From a virus, in IMG/VR virus record IMGVR_UViG_3300046753_000522, positions 1-64,000 of that record: DNA of 64,000 nucleotides; one strand, given 5' to 3'. The stretch's first letter is position 1; every line of letters begins with the position of its first letter. This document shows, piece by piece, positions 9,927 to 19,399 of this stretch. A program made the position numbers and the translations under genes. The notes under the pieces are model-generated. The model saw only the letters and a program-made list of their open reading frames with translations. It was not told the origin of the DNA and searched no databases.

Positions 9927-10589
9927 TTATATAGACACCTTTAAATCGCCGTGATGGACCCACAGTTTTCCAACAACTTCTGGATCTGTTGTGGGCAATC
10001 CGCTGAAGTCAAGGTACTGTAAGGAAGTAACATCCTCAACAATGGATGTTGTTGCCAGATAGTCTTGATCCAGAGTAGGAAATCCAGTATCAATTCCTTG
10101 AGACAAGTCATATGCGAGACTAAAGATGTCACTATCCGATGCACTGAAGTTGCCTGCTAATGACGCAGCAGAATCAGAGAGAGAAAGGGCATTGTAACTC
10201 AAGGCAAGAGACGCGCCAGCAACACGTGCCATTCGGTCGGCGGTCTCTTCAAATACAACTTTCTTTGCAGAGATCAGCGTCGTTTCTTTGGCACTGTCTG
10301 AAAGAGATACGATGTTCCTTTCGCCGAAATATGCAGGGAAATATGAAGTATCGTATGCAATCGCACCTGGATTAGCAACACGGAAGTCTGAGTCCGTGGT
10401 GTACTTTGTCCAAGTCGTTGTTGAGAGTGTGTGAGTGTACGGATTGTACTCATATCTCACATTGCTTGCTGGAAAGAGTCCAAGTTCTTGCTTTCTTTCT
10501 TCTGACCAGTCGAGGACATCTGCCCCAAGTGTGCTCTTGACCGCATGATTGCTGAGGTAAGAACTGGTCTTTTCGTAGTAATAAGACAT
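9927..10589 (-). CDS. Hypothetical fibre-associated protein
   Basis: Follows two propeller fibre genes; C-terminal LPTTDPEVVGKLW motif; four DS motifs. Confidence 0.6.
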   Translation of the reverse strand: MSYYYEKTSSYLSNHAVKSTLGADVLDWSEERKQELGLFPASNVRYEYNPYTHTLSTTTWTKYTTDSDFRVANPGAIAYDTSYFPAYFGERNIVSLSDSAKETTLISAKKVVFEETADRMARVAGASLALSYNALSLSDSAASLAGNFSASDSDIFSLAYDLSQGIDTGFPTLDQDYLATTSIVEDVTSLQYLDFSGLPTTDPEVVGKLWVHHGDLKVSI

Positions 10590-10603
10590 TTTGCTGTTTC
10601 TCC

Positions 10604-10611
10604 TATTTAGG
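10604..10611 (-). promoter_or_regulatory. Possible variant late promoter CCTAAATA
   Basis: Near-consensus in the intergenic gap; the same octamer recurs at 38321-38328. Confidence 0.35.
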
Positions 10612-10630
10612 ATTCATATTTTGTATTTGT

Positions 10631-12802
10631 TTATGATGAGGTGGCGCAGTATCCATAATCACCAACTGCGCAGTACTGAGTTCCATCCCATACGACTGCC
10701 CTCATAATTCCTTTTTTATCGGAACTACCCGCCACCGCTGCACCCAGACTCGGTTGATTTGTCCAAGTAACTCCATCAGATGAGGTGGCACATAAACCAT
10801 CTCGACCTACTGCTATGAAATGGTTCGCGTCGCTATTCCATATGACTTGCCCCCCAGAATTATAAGATACTGGGGGCGTCTGTCCCCCAGTAAATGGGGG
10901 AGAAACGTCGTTGCCCCATGCTGAAGCAAGACTCGGTTGATTTGTCCAAGTGGTTCCATCTGGTGAGGTGGCACATTCTCCACCTTCACCTACTGTACAG
11001 AATATAGAGAGTTCTGGAGACCATGCAATTGACGTCATAAGGGTCTCCTTCGCGCCTACTGCTGTTTCGAGATTATCATTTCCTGGCGTCCAATTAACTC
11101 CATCAGTAGAAGTTTTGAACTTTTTTTCTCCGATATTGGTCATATCCCAACTGCCCTGAGGTACTTTTCCACCAACTGCGCAGAACATACTACCATTCCA
11201 TGCAACATCGAATAAAACTTGACCATAGGCACTGCCGGACGCCGCAGTCCAAGTGATACCATCGCTTGAATAAGAAATTGCTCCCCCATCACCAACTGAG
11301 ACGAATAGAGAAAGTTCTGGTGCCCATATCACAGAATGTCTGGACGCCTCGGTGACCCCTGGGGGGGAGGCAACTGACGTCCAAGTCACTCCATCAGAGG
11401 AGGTATAGGTGGACCCCCACCATCCTTGCGCGACGAATAGAGAGAGTTCTGGGGAGTATGCCACAGTAATCAGCGGAGTGGAAAGATATTTGTCATTCAG
11501 AGTCCAAGTGACTCCATCGGGTGAGTTGAGGATCATACCCCCTGGCCAATTCTGCTGGTGGAGGTTTTCGCCTCCTCCAACTGCGACGAACTGGGTGCCA
11601 GACCATGCGATTCCCTTTGCGCTGGTTATACCGCTTGACATGGCAATCCCGAGATTATCTTGGAATGTCCATTTCTGTCCAGGTAGGTAATCAGTCCTAA
11701 ACGACCTTTCTTCTGACCACTCAGAGTTCAGACTCGCAGTATGGTGCTTGACTTTAACTGTGTAGTCTTTATTTCCTTCCAGACCAGTGGGTTCCCACGA
11801 TGTCAGGGCAGTGGCGTCTGAGTCGAGAGATGCTGCGACATTTCCAGAAAGGTCCACGATTGCCCAACTCGACGCAGTGTGAGTATCTGTTCCTTCTGCC
11901 ATCTCGAAGTCAGATGATCGGAAAGGTCCATTAGGTGAGATACTGAGTTCACCGTCAGTGGCAGGAGACTCAATAGTAGGTTGTAGAATAGTTGGTACTA
12001 TGTCAGCAGTTACTGTGGTCCAGTCTGCTGAGTCGCCTGCCGCCTTGAAAGTGTATGTGCTTGCAGTATTGTTTGATGAAGCATTTGTGTGACGGAGTTG
12101 TACCTCGTCTCCGGCAATCAGGTTGAAGTTTGGTTTCAGTACTGGATTGACCGAAATTGGTAATCCGCGGAAGTCGCCACCATTTGTAGCATATTGGGCA
12201 TCGCTGGTTGGCGCAGTGGTTGACCCATAAGGGTAAACATAACTGTTTACGCTATGAACAGTCACCACTCTTGATTCTGAAGCACCCCCCACGGGTTGGT
12301 CACTATCAACGGAGTTTTGGAATACAAATGAGGTCTCTTTCGCAATGGTGAGTTCGAAGGATTGGGATCCACCGAGACCATCACTTACAGTACCAGTAAT
12401 TGTTGTACCGTGTGGACCGTCGATACCGTTATTAGATCCAGGTTCGCCTGCCCACTTGGTCCAGATTTCGGTGTCGTTGTCAGTGGTCTCAATTTTATCA
12501 GTGAAGTTGTATCCATCATCCGAAATCACTAAAGGATAAGAGGCAGTAAGAATTCGACCACCAGCACCTTTCCATTCCACTGGTCCTGCTGGTTGAGTGT
12601 TTGTGGGTTCAGAAAGGATCGTTCCACCTTCCAATGGTCTGATTTCTATTTCGCCAATAAGAGGGATTACTTCTCCATCAGCATCTTTGGTGTACAAGAT
12701 CCGGTCAGGAAAGTTGATCGCCAGTTCACCAACAGCAATTTGGGTATCGTCTGGTTTGTTGCCAGCAATACTGGATCGTTTATGTTGTATAGTTTTAGAC
12801 AT
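10631..12802 (-). CDS. Putative receptor-binding fibre protein: anchor, Fn3/Ig-like domain, 7-blade beta-propeller
   Basis: N-terminal KTIQHKRSS...GELAINFPD anchor; seven W-x-G/P...F-x-AVG...S-x-DG-x-TW (BNR-like) blades; paralog of 12842..15754. Confidence 0.75.
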   Translation of the reverse strand: MSKTIQHKRSSIAGNKPDDTQIAVGELAINFPDRILYTKDADGEVIPLIGEIEIRPLEGGTILSEPTNTQPAGPVEWKGAGGRILTASYPLVISDDGYNFTDKIETTDNDTEIWTKWAGEPGSNNGIDGPHGTTITGTVSDGLGGSQSFELTIAKETSFVFQNSVDSDQPVGGASESRVVTVHSVNSYVYPYGSTTAPTSDAQYATNGGDFRGLPISVNPVLKPNFNLIAGDEVQLRHTNASSNNTASTYTFKAAGDSADWTTVTADIVPTILQPTIESPATDGELSISPNGPFRSSDFEMAEGTDTHTASSWAIVDLSGNVAASLDSDATALTSWEPTGLEGNKDYTVKVKHHTASLNSEWSEERSFRTDYLPGQKWTFQDNLGIAMSSGITSAKGIAWSGTQFVAVGGGENLHQQNWPGGMILNSPDGVTWTLNDKYLSTPLITVAYSPELSLFVAQGWWGSTYTSSDGVTWTSVASPPGVTEASRHSVIWAPELSLFVSVGDGGAISYSSDGITWTAASGSAYGQVLFDVAWNGSMFCAVGGKVPQGSWDMTNIGEKKFKTSTDGVNWTPGNDNLETAVGAKETLMTSIAWSPELSIFCTVGEGGECATSPDGTTWTNQPSLASAWGNDVSPPFTGGQTPPVSYNSGGQVIWNSDANHFIAVGRDGLCATSSDGVTWTNQPSLGAAVAGSSDKKGIMRAVVWDGTQYCAVGDYGYCATSS

Positions 12803-12841
12803 TTGTCAATTCCTCAGAATATGTATTCTGTTTGTATTTGT

Positions 12842-15754
12842 TTATGGTGATGTGGCACATTTGCCTTCATAACCAACTACACACAACTGAGTGCCAGACC
12901 ATGTGATTGATTCCATCCTTTCACCTCCCACCGCTGCATTGAGACTCGGTTGTTCGGTCCAAGTAACTCCATCAGGGGATGTGGCACATTTGCCATCACC
13001 ACCAACTGCACAGAATTGAGCGCCAGTCCATATGACTGATTCCATCCTTTCACCTCCCACCGCTGCATTGAGACTCGGTTGAAGTGTCCAAGTGACTCCG
13101 TCAGGGGATGTGGCACATTTACCACCACTACCAACTGCACAGAATTGAGCGCCAGTCCATATGACTGATTTCACCCATGCATCACCCACTGCTGAAGTGA
13201 AACTCGGTTGGTTTGTCCAAGTAACTCCATCTGGGGATGTGGCACATTTACCATCGAGACCGACTGCGACAAACTGTGTGCCGTCCCATGTGACTGAGTA
13301 CATACTTTGACCTCCCACTACTGATGCGAGACTCGGTTGATTTGTCCAAGTAACTCCATCAGGGGATGTGGCACATAGACCGTCATAACCAACTGCGCAG
13401 AACTGAGTTCCAGACCATGTGACTGAGTACATATCGTATGGACTCGCTATTGTAGTGAGACTCGGTTGTGCTGTCCAAGTGACTCCATCAGGTGATGTGG
13501 CACATCTACCTTTCCAACCAACTGCGCAGAACTGACTGCCGTCCCATACGACTGATAACATGAACCCACCGGTCGTTGCTGAATTGAAACTCCGTTGTCT
13601 TGTCCAAGTAACTCCATCAGGAGAGGTGGCACACATACCAGGTCCACCAACTGCGCAGAACTGAGTGCCGTCCCATGTGACTCCGTTCATACTTTTGTTA
13701 CCCACTACTGATGCGAGACTCGGTTGACGTGTCCATTTCTCTCCGATAAGATTCTGAGTCCTAAACGACCTTTCTTCTGACCACTCAGAGTTTAATGTAG
13801 CAGTATGATGCTTGACTCTGATTTTGTAATCTGCATTTCCGTCCAGACCAGTGGGTTCCCAAGAGGTCAGAGCAGAGGTGTCTGAGTCGAGAGATGCTGC
13901 TACTGATTGAGATCCAGTGGCACATGTACCACCTTGCCCAACTGTGCAGAACTGAGTGCCAGACCATATGACAGAGTTCAACTCTGTATAACCCACTGCT
14001 GAATTGAGACTCGGTTGAAGTGTCCAAGTAATTCCGTCTGGAGATGTGACACATTTGCCATCCCAACCACCAACTGCGCAGAACTGACTGCCATCCCATG
14101 CAATTGAGTGCATATATGTTGAATCCACTGCTGTAGTGAAATTCGGTTGGTTTGTCCAAGTGACTCCATCAGGTGATGTGACGCATTTACCATCATAACC
14201 AACTACGCAGAACTGAGTTCCAGACCATATGACTGACCTCATCTGTCTATAACCCACTGATGATTCGAAATCCGATTGATTTGTCCAAGTAACTCCATCA
14301 GGCGATGTGGCACATTTACCATTCATTCCAACTGCACAGAACTGAGTTCCAGACCATGTGACTGAGTTCATCAACGCGTAAGTCACTGCTGGTTTGAAAC
14401 TCGGTTGATTTGTCCAAGTAACTCCATCAGGCGATGTGGCACATCCCTCACCAACTGCACAGAACTGAGTGCCAGACCATGTGACTGAGCGCATACCCTC
14501 AGAGAGACTGCCCCCCAATGCTGATGCGAGACTCGGTTGATTTGTCCAAGTGACTCCATCAGGGGATGTGGCACATTTACCACTCTCACCAACTGCACAG
14601 AACTGAGAACCATTCCATACGACTGATTTCATTACCCCCGATCCTACTGCTGATTTGAGACTCGGTTGATTTGTCCAAGTAACTCCATCTGGGGATGTGG
14701 CACATTTACCATCGAGACCGACTGCGCAGAACTGAGTGCCAGACCATGCGACTGCATTCATATCTTTGTTATCCACTACTGATGCGAGACTCGGTTGATT
14801 TGTCCACACCAGTTCACCCATTATCTCCCAACTGGATGCAGTGTGAGTATCTGTTCCTTCTGCCATTTCGAAGTCTGATGAGACGAATGGTCCATCAGGC
14901 GAGATACTGAGTTCACCGTCAGTAGCAGGTGATGCTATCTTAGGTTGTAGAATAGTTGGTACTATGTCAGCAGTTACTGTGGTCCAGTCTGCTGAGTCAC
15001 CTGCCATGATAAAATTGTAGGTGCTTGCGGTATTGTTTGTTGAGGCATCTTGATGTCGGAGTTGGAATTCATCTCCCTCGGTTATGTAGTCTGTCGCACT
15101 ACCAGCATTTGTTGCTGGCATCGCAGTCCATGAACCACCATTCTTGGCGTACTCAGGAGAGGTGCCAGTGGTCGTTCCGGAGGGATAGACATAACTGTTC
15201 ACACTATAGGCAGTTACTACTCTCGATTCTGAAACACCACCGACTGTTTGGTCACTATCAACGAAGTTGTGGAATACAAACGAGGTCTCTTTGTCGATGG
15301 TCAACTCAAATGATTGAGATCCACCGATATCATCGGTCACACTACCGCTAATGACTGTACCATGTGGACCGTCGATACCATCACCAGATCCAGGTTCGCC
15401 TGCCCACTTCGTCCAAATTTCGGTATCGTTATTAGTGGTCTCAATTTTATCAGTGAAGTTATATCCATCATCTGAAATTGTCATAGGATAAAAGGCAGTG
15501 AGTAATACGCCACCAGAACCTTTCCATTCCACTGGTCCTGCAGGGTGAGTGTTTATGGGTTCAGAAAGGATCGTTCCACCTTCCAACGGAAGGTCTTCTG
15601 TTTCTCTAATAAGAGGAATTACTTCTCCGTCAGCAGTTTTGGTGTACAAGGTCCGATCAGGAAAGTTTATTGCCAATTCGCCAACAGCAATTTGGGTATC
15701 GTCTGGTTTGTTTCCTGCTACACTTGAGCGTTTGTGCTGTATAGTCTTCGACAT
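12842..15754 (-). CDS. Putative receptor-binding fibre protein with two 7-blade beta-propellers
   Basis: Same N-terminus as the paralog; 14 copies of an approximately 42-aa WSGTQFCAVGxxGKCATSPDGVTWTNQPS repeat. Confidence 0.8.
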   Translation of the reverse strand: MSKTIQHKRSSVAGNKPDDTQIAVGELAINFPDRTLYTKTADGEVIPLIRETEDLPLEGGTILSEPINTHPAGPVEWKGSGGVLLTAFYPMTISDDGYNFTDKIETTNNDTEIWTKWAGEPGSGDGIDGPHGTVISGSVTDDIGGSQSFELTIDKETSFVFHNFVDSDQTVGGVSESRVVTAYSVNSYVYPSGTTTGTSPEYAKNGGSWTAMPATNAGSATDYITEGDEFQLRHQDASTNNTASTYNFIMAGDSADWTTVTADIVPTILQPKIASPATDGELSISPDGPFVSSDFEMAEGTDTHTASSWEIMGELVWTNQPSLASVVDNKDMNAVAWSGTQFCAVGLDGKCATSPDGVTWTNQPSLKSAVGSGVMKSVVWNGSQFCAVGESGKCATSPDGVTWTNQPSLASALGGSLSEGMRSVTWSGTQFCAVGEGCATSPDGVTWTNQPSFKPAVTYALMNSVTWSGTQFCAVGMNGKCATSPDGVTWTNQSDFESSVGYRQMRSVIWSGTQFCVVGYDGKCVTSPDGVTWTNQPNFTTAVDSTYMHSIAWDGSQFCAVGGWDGKCVTSPDGITWTLQPSLNSAVGYTELNSVIWSGTQFCTVGQGGTCATGSQSVAASLDSDTSALTSWEPTGLDGNADYKIRVKHHTATLNSEWSEERSFRTQNLIGEKWTRQPSLASVVGNKSMNGVTWDGTQFCAVGGPGMCATSPDGVTWTRQRSFNSATTGGFMLSVVWDGSQFCAVGWKGRCATSPDGVTWTAQPSLTTIASPYDMYSVTWSGTQFCAVGYDGLCATSPDGVTWTNQPSLASVVGGQSMYSVTWDGTQFVAVGLDGKCATSPDGVTWTNQPSFTSAVGDAWVKSVIWTGAQFCAVGSGGKCATSPDGVTWTLQPSLNAAVGGERMESVIWTGAQFCAVGGDGKCATSPDGVTWTEQPSLNAAVGGERMESITWSGTQLCVVGYEGKCATSP
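12845..14815 (-). repeat. Intragenic tandem repeats of about 126 bp (2 x 7 copies)
   Basis: Recurrent GACTCGGTTGATTTGTCCAAGTAACTCCATCAGGGGATGTGGCACAT-like blocks on the + strand. Confidence 0.95.
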
Positions 15755-15793
15755 TTGTCAATTCCTAAGAATATGTATTCTGGTTTATTATTA

Positions 15794-15817
15794 ATGGACC
15801 ACCATATGGTGGTCCAT
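15794..15817. other. Perfect 24-bp palindrome in an intergenic gap
   Basis: ATGGACCACCATATGGTGGTCCAT equals its own reverse complement. Confidence 0.9.
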
Positions 15818-15839
15818 GTAATGTTGTACTATATGTATA

Positions 15840-18476
15840 TCAGAAATCGTCACCGCCGCTACCAGCATCAATGGTGGTAAGTACAATGCTGTTGCCGTTC
15901 AGGTCCTGGTAGTCGGACGCTCGAATAGGCGCTCCGTCAAAAAGAAACTTGTCGTTGTACTGAACATACTGAGACTGTTTGCCATAACCAGATACCAGCA
16001 TTTCAATTGGAACATTCATCCCCCAATTATTCGAGGTCATGATCGTCACGATCTCGCCGTTTGGACCTTCATTGCCGCTAATGGACACAGTGCCACCACC
16101 GCCTCCGTTTGTGATACTTATGCTGTTCGATCCTACGACAGTACCACCAGCGTCCGTAACTGCTTGACCCGTACCAAAATCAGTTGTACGGACGGACATC
16201 CAGTCGCTAGACCAAACCGAATCGTAAAGAACAACAAACTCTGGAAGGTTCGATATGTCCGTTGTGTTCTGGTCAATACTTGCTTGGAGTGTATTATGCT
16301 CAGTTACGTTCCAAGCATGCTCAGAGTCGAGACTTGCTTGTAGTGCGACATACTCAGTTACATTCTGACTTCTTTCAGAGTCAAAGAGTGCATCTACCTG
16401 TGACTGGGTGTAGTACCAACCGTCGGTGATATCCTGCCTAACCGAAACGGTAGGTCGGACAGGGTCAGTTTCGTCGACTTCGATTGCTGTGCCTGCTTGA
16501 ACGCGAACAACGGAGGCAGAGTTAATGCTTCCGACATTCTGCCAAGTGGAACCGTCTGAATCCCAGACAAGTCCGTCACCAGAGTCGACAGTTGACAGTC
16601 CAACCCAACTCGCGTCTGCTGTACCAGAGGAAGTGTTGATGTACATATCCCCGTTGCCAGCATCAGGAGCAGTAGAGTAACCTGAAATGTTATCAGTAGC
16701 ATCAACCGTTCCTTTGAAACTAACCGTCGAGGCGATACCGATATTCGAGTTTGTCCAAACACTTCCGTTCCATTGCAACACGTCATCGCCTGCGAGGGTC
16801 GGAGTGTTGATCTGCACATCAGAAAGATTATCAATTGACATTCTCTCATCAAGGAAGGCAGAATCAATTGCCGTAGTTATACGGGCGTCTACGCGAGCAT
16901 CAGTATAGTAGAGGTTCGAACCTTCATCAACATCGGTAGTAGTCAGTTCGTCTATCCTTTGGTTGATAGAACCGTTCTCAGTTACGTTCCAAGCATGCTC
17001 TGAGTCTAAACTTGCTTGTAGTGCAGCATGGTCAGTTGCATTCTGCGATTCATTCGTATCGATATTTGCTTGAAGTGTATTATGTTCTGCTACATTCCAA
17101 GCATGCTCTGAGTCGAGACTTGCCTGAAGAGCAGCATCAGCAGTTGTCCTGTCCGTGACTTCTGTGTCTACCCTAACTCCTAAATCGGAGTCAGCGTTCG
17201 AACGAGTTGTTGCTTCAGCATCGATGTTGGTCTGCAAAGTCGCATCATCTGATACGCTCTGTCCTCTTTCAGAATCGAGGAGAGCATCAACTTCTGTTTT
17301 GCTATAAGCATCAGTCGGAACAGGTAATCCTGTCACTGTTGCTCCAGTGAAGTCAACATCTCCAGTCGCCGTAATGTTAGCGATATCCAGAGTACCATCA
17401 GTCTGGTCAGTACCAGCGTCGATGATTGTGTGTAACCCGTCTGGAGTAGTTACATCACCAGCAGTAGCACCATATACTGTTCCGGAGAAGATTGCATTTT
17501 CAGCATCGACGATCACATTTGCACTACCGTCAATCAAGTTGCCTTTGTATGTGGCAGCGGTATTGACATCCCCAGCATCGAGGACAATAGCAGTAGTGTC
17601 AGTTGGGTCAGCAAGGTTATATCCAACCTTTGTGACATAGTCGACCTGTGCTGGTATACCATCTATGCTTGCCTGAAGTGCAACATGTTCTCCTACGTTC
17701 CAAGCATGCTCAGAGTCGATGCTTGCCTGTAGTGCGGCGTGGTCTGTTGCGTTCTGCGATTCATTAGAATCAATGCTTGCCTGTAGTGCGGCACGTGCTT
17801 CTAGATTATCGCTATCCTTATCATCAATCTCTGCCTGTGTATAGTACCAACCGTCAGTGACAGTCTTGTCAACAGAAACCGTGGGACGAGAAGGATCAGT
17901 TTCATCAACTTCGACACCCGTTCCTGGTTGAACCTGGACTACAGAACCACTGTTAATGTTTCCTACGTTTCTCCAAGTTGAGTCGTCGTTATCCCAAACA
18001 ATGGCGTCACCAGCGGTTACAGATCCTAAACCTGTCCAACTGGCATCTGCTGTACCGTCAACGGTATTGATATAGAGATCACCATTCGATGCAGAAGGGG
18101 CAGTTTCAGTAGTAGCATCTACTGAACCTTTGAACTCAACTGTCGAGGTGATACCGAGGTTTGCGTTTGTCCAAACACTTCCGTTCCACTGCAGTATATC
18201 AGTAGCATTAAGCGTTGGTGAGTTGATTTGCACATCCGAAAGATTGTCAATTGGCATTCTCTCATCGAGGAAGGCAGAATCAATTGCCGTGTTTATATGG
18301 GCATCTACTCGTGCATCAGTATAGTAGAGATTAGATCCCTCTGCCACTGAATCCGTAGTGAGATTATCAATCCTCTGTGCGAGTTCATCTTCGGCGGTTG
18401 ACTCCTCCCACACCCATTTTCCATTGACAAGTACCCATCCATTTTGGGCGGGGTCTGTAATCGATTCACTGGTCAT
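15840..18476 (-). CDS. Fibre-like structural protein with coiled-coil repeats and a duplicated module of about 190 aa
   Basis: DSEHAWNVxE repeats, EGSNLYYTDARVD motifs, module shared with 19399..24720. Confidence 0.75.
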   Translation of the reverse strand: MTSESITDPAQNGWVLVNGKWVWEESTAEDELAQRIDNLTTDSVAEGSNLYYTDARVDAHINTAIDSAFLDERMPIDNLSDVQINSPTLNATDILQWNGSVWTNANLGITSTVEFKGSVDATTETAPSASNGDLYINTVDGTADASWTGLGSVTAGDAIVWDNDDSTWRNVGNINSGSVVQVQPGTGVEVDETDPSRPTVSVDKTVTDGWYYTQAEIDDKDSDNLEARAALQASIDSNESQNATDHAALQASIDSEHAWNVGEHVALQASIDGIPAQVDYVTKVGYNLADPTDTTAIVLDAGDVNTAATYKGNLIDGSANVIVDAENAIFSGTVYGATAGDVTTPDGLHTIIDAGTDQTDGTLDIANITATGDVDFTGATVTGLPVPTDAYSKTEVDALLDSERGQSVSDDATLQTNIDAEATTRSNADSDLGVRVDTEVTDRTTADAALQASLDSEHAWNVAEHNTLQANIDTNESQNATDHAALQASLDSEHAWNVTENGSINQRIDELTTTDVDEGSNLYYTDARVDARITTAIDSAFLDERMSIDNLSDVQINTPTLAGDDVLQWNGSVWTNSNIGIASTVSFKGTVDATDNISGYSTAPDAGNGDMYINTSSGTADASWVGLSTVDSGDGLVWDSDGSTWQNVGSINSASVVRVQAGTAIEVDETDPVRPTVSVRQDITDGWYYTQSQVDALFDSERSQNVTEYVALQASLDSEHAWNVTEHNTLQASIDQNTTDISNLPEFVVLYDSVWSSDWMSVRTTDFGTGQAVTDAGGTVVGSNSISITNGGGGGTVSISGNEGPNGEIVTIMTSNNWGMNVPIEMLVSGYGKQSQYVQYNDKFLFDGAPIRASDYQDLNGNSIVLTTIDAGSGGDDF

Positions 18477-18556
18477 TGTGAAACTCCTGAGTTCTATTGT
18501 AGTTTTTACTTATCCTGGGTATTGGGTGCGAATTTGGCGCCATACATAATGCCACA

Positions 18557-19399
18557 TTAAGCGTACCCGAAAACAGTTGCAGCGATAGCGCACCTGGGCG
18601 ACGATCCAGCAGTCGTATTTGTTAATGTTATACTTGGATTAGATGCTCCTGTGATTACAGCGAACCTACCTGAACCCAAGGAATTATCGACTCCAGCATA
18701 GGTAGATACTGATCCAGTGCTGGTTGTTATTTGCATGCTCGATGTGGTGCCAAAGTCGGTGTATCCAGCGATGAAGATTATATCATCGGTAGTTGCAGTC
18801 ATCTGAAGGGAGATAGGTGAACCCGAACCCTTTGCTGTGGTCTTTGACTGAAGTGCTGTTGAACCTCTGTTACCATTAACAAGTCTAAACGCAGCAGCAC
18901 CACCACGGAATCCACCCGAGTTAGTGGTTTGTGCGACTGTAAGAGTACTATCCCCTATCAGGTTACCACTTGCTGCGCGACTTCCCACATATACACTGGT
19001 CTGATCCGCAGATGACATCGGCGTGCGGGCATGGTGAGTGCAGTTATTGGAGTTCAAGGTGTAAGTCTGATCGGAGGTACCAGTACCCTCCACTCCACCG
19101 CAGACAACAATGGTGTCGTCGGCGGTTACAGTTGAACCATTCACACTCCCGCTGAAAAATGAAGAGGTGGCGTTGATCACACTACCCAAGTATACGAAAC
19201 TTAAAGGAACTTCCGCTGATGCACCTTGCCACTCATTAAACCCCATCTGAGTGGCATCGCCTTTGCCAATGATTGCTCGTATATCAGCATCATTTATTCC
19301 GCACTGAGTGCCCGTTACGCCGCCTGCTTCAATATGTATCTCATTCAGAGATATCTGACCAGTCGGTAGTGCACTTGTTGTTGCAGAATCGCCACTCAT
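18557..19399 (-). CDS. Putative fibre-tip adhesin/accessory protein
   Basis: Coupled to the chaperone-bearing fibre gene; N-terminal LPTGQISLNEIxxE motif; S/T/G-rich beta C-terminus. Confidence 0.55.
   Translation of the reverse strand: MSGDSATTSALPTGQISLNEIHIEAGGVTGTQCGINDADIRAIIGKGDATQMGFNEWQGASAEVPLSFVYLGSVINATSSFFSGSVNGSTVTADDTIVVCGGVEGTGTSDQTYTLNSNNCTHHARTPMSSADQTSVYVGSRAASGNLIGDSTLTVAQTTNSGGFRGGAAAFRLVNGNRGSTALQSKTTAKGSGSPISLQMTATTDDIIFIAGYTDFGTTSSMQITTSTGSVSTYAGVDNSLGSGRFAVITGASNPSITLTNTTAGSSPRCAIAATVFGYA

Noticed and set aside
12845-14815. CRISPR-like array
   Set aside because: The repeats are in-frame coding units of about 126 bp within one ORF, with no unique spacers and no cas genes.
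10631-15754. Diversity-generating retroelement (repeat pairs in adhesin genes)
   Set aside because: No reverse transcriptase in the window, no non-coding template repeat, and the differences between repeats include indels and do not look adenine-restricted.
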